DNA of 63,652 nucleotides, filler included, from Basidiobolus ranarum (Eukaryota): NCBI GenBank assembly GCA_040143965.1. It is 23 parts of 23 records of this genome, joined end to end, with 100 filler letters (N's around TTAATTAATTAA, not from the genome) between each part and the next. Parts side by side here need not be neighbours in the genome. Positions count along the whole stretch, not along the records: positions 60,997 to 63,652 come from JASJQH010003094.1; 22 more parts are not named here. One strand, 5' to 3'. Shown piece by piece: positions 63,531 to 63,652 of this stretch (position 1 is its first letter; each line of letters starts with the position of its first letter). The notes under the pieces were generated by a model. It saw only the letters and a program-made list of their open reading frames with translations, ran no database searches and was not told where the DNA came from. The position numbers and the translations under genes were made by a program.

Positions 63531-63652
63531 TGTTATCAGTGAGTAAAGCAACATCTGAGGGATATTGCTTTAATTTTGATCAAAATGGCTGTACAATCAG
63601 GGATCAAAAAGGGAATTACGTAGCTTCTGGAGCTAAGCAAAATAACTTGTAT

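Overview
This is not a contiguous locus. It is 23 separate contigs of about 2.66-2.69 kb, sorted by decreasing length and joined by an artificial 100-nt spacer (N44-TTAATTAATTAA-N44), so adjacency across spacers means nothing. The DNA is AT-rich and eukaryotic, with short spliceosomal introns. Hsp70, PAF1 and H2A look fungal, most likely an early-diverging lineage (Mucoromycota/Zoopagomycota-like; inference). Most contigs are degenerate, CpG-depleted transposon debris: several Ty1/copia families and their LTRs, Ty3/gypsy, CACTA/Tnp2-like, LINE-like and a GACTTGTT-terminated element. One gypsy gag-pol ORF is intact. CpG-retaining islands carry host genes: Hsp70 (with HSE promoter), VPS60, an Ldb17/SPIN90-like gene, complete PAF1, H2A, two catalases, an aldo-keto reductase, a SAM methyltransferase, a TFIIIC-delta-like gene, an expansin-like gene and a GPI-type protein. 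Top leads, all missed or only partly shown by the ORF track: (1) an intron-split, highly divergent histone H2B-fold gene with an acidic tail (38131-38725); (2) a tandem cluster of three micro-protein genes with doubled F-L-R-L-x-P motifs (28436-30387); (3) an LTR packed with heat-shock elements; (4) a LINE-like family ending in a fixed, tail-less CCCCCTA terminus.
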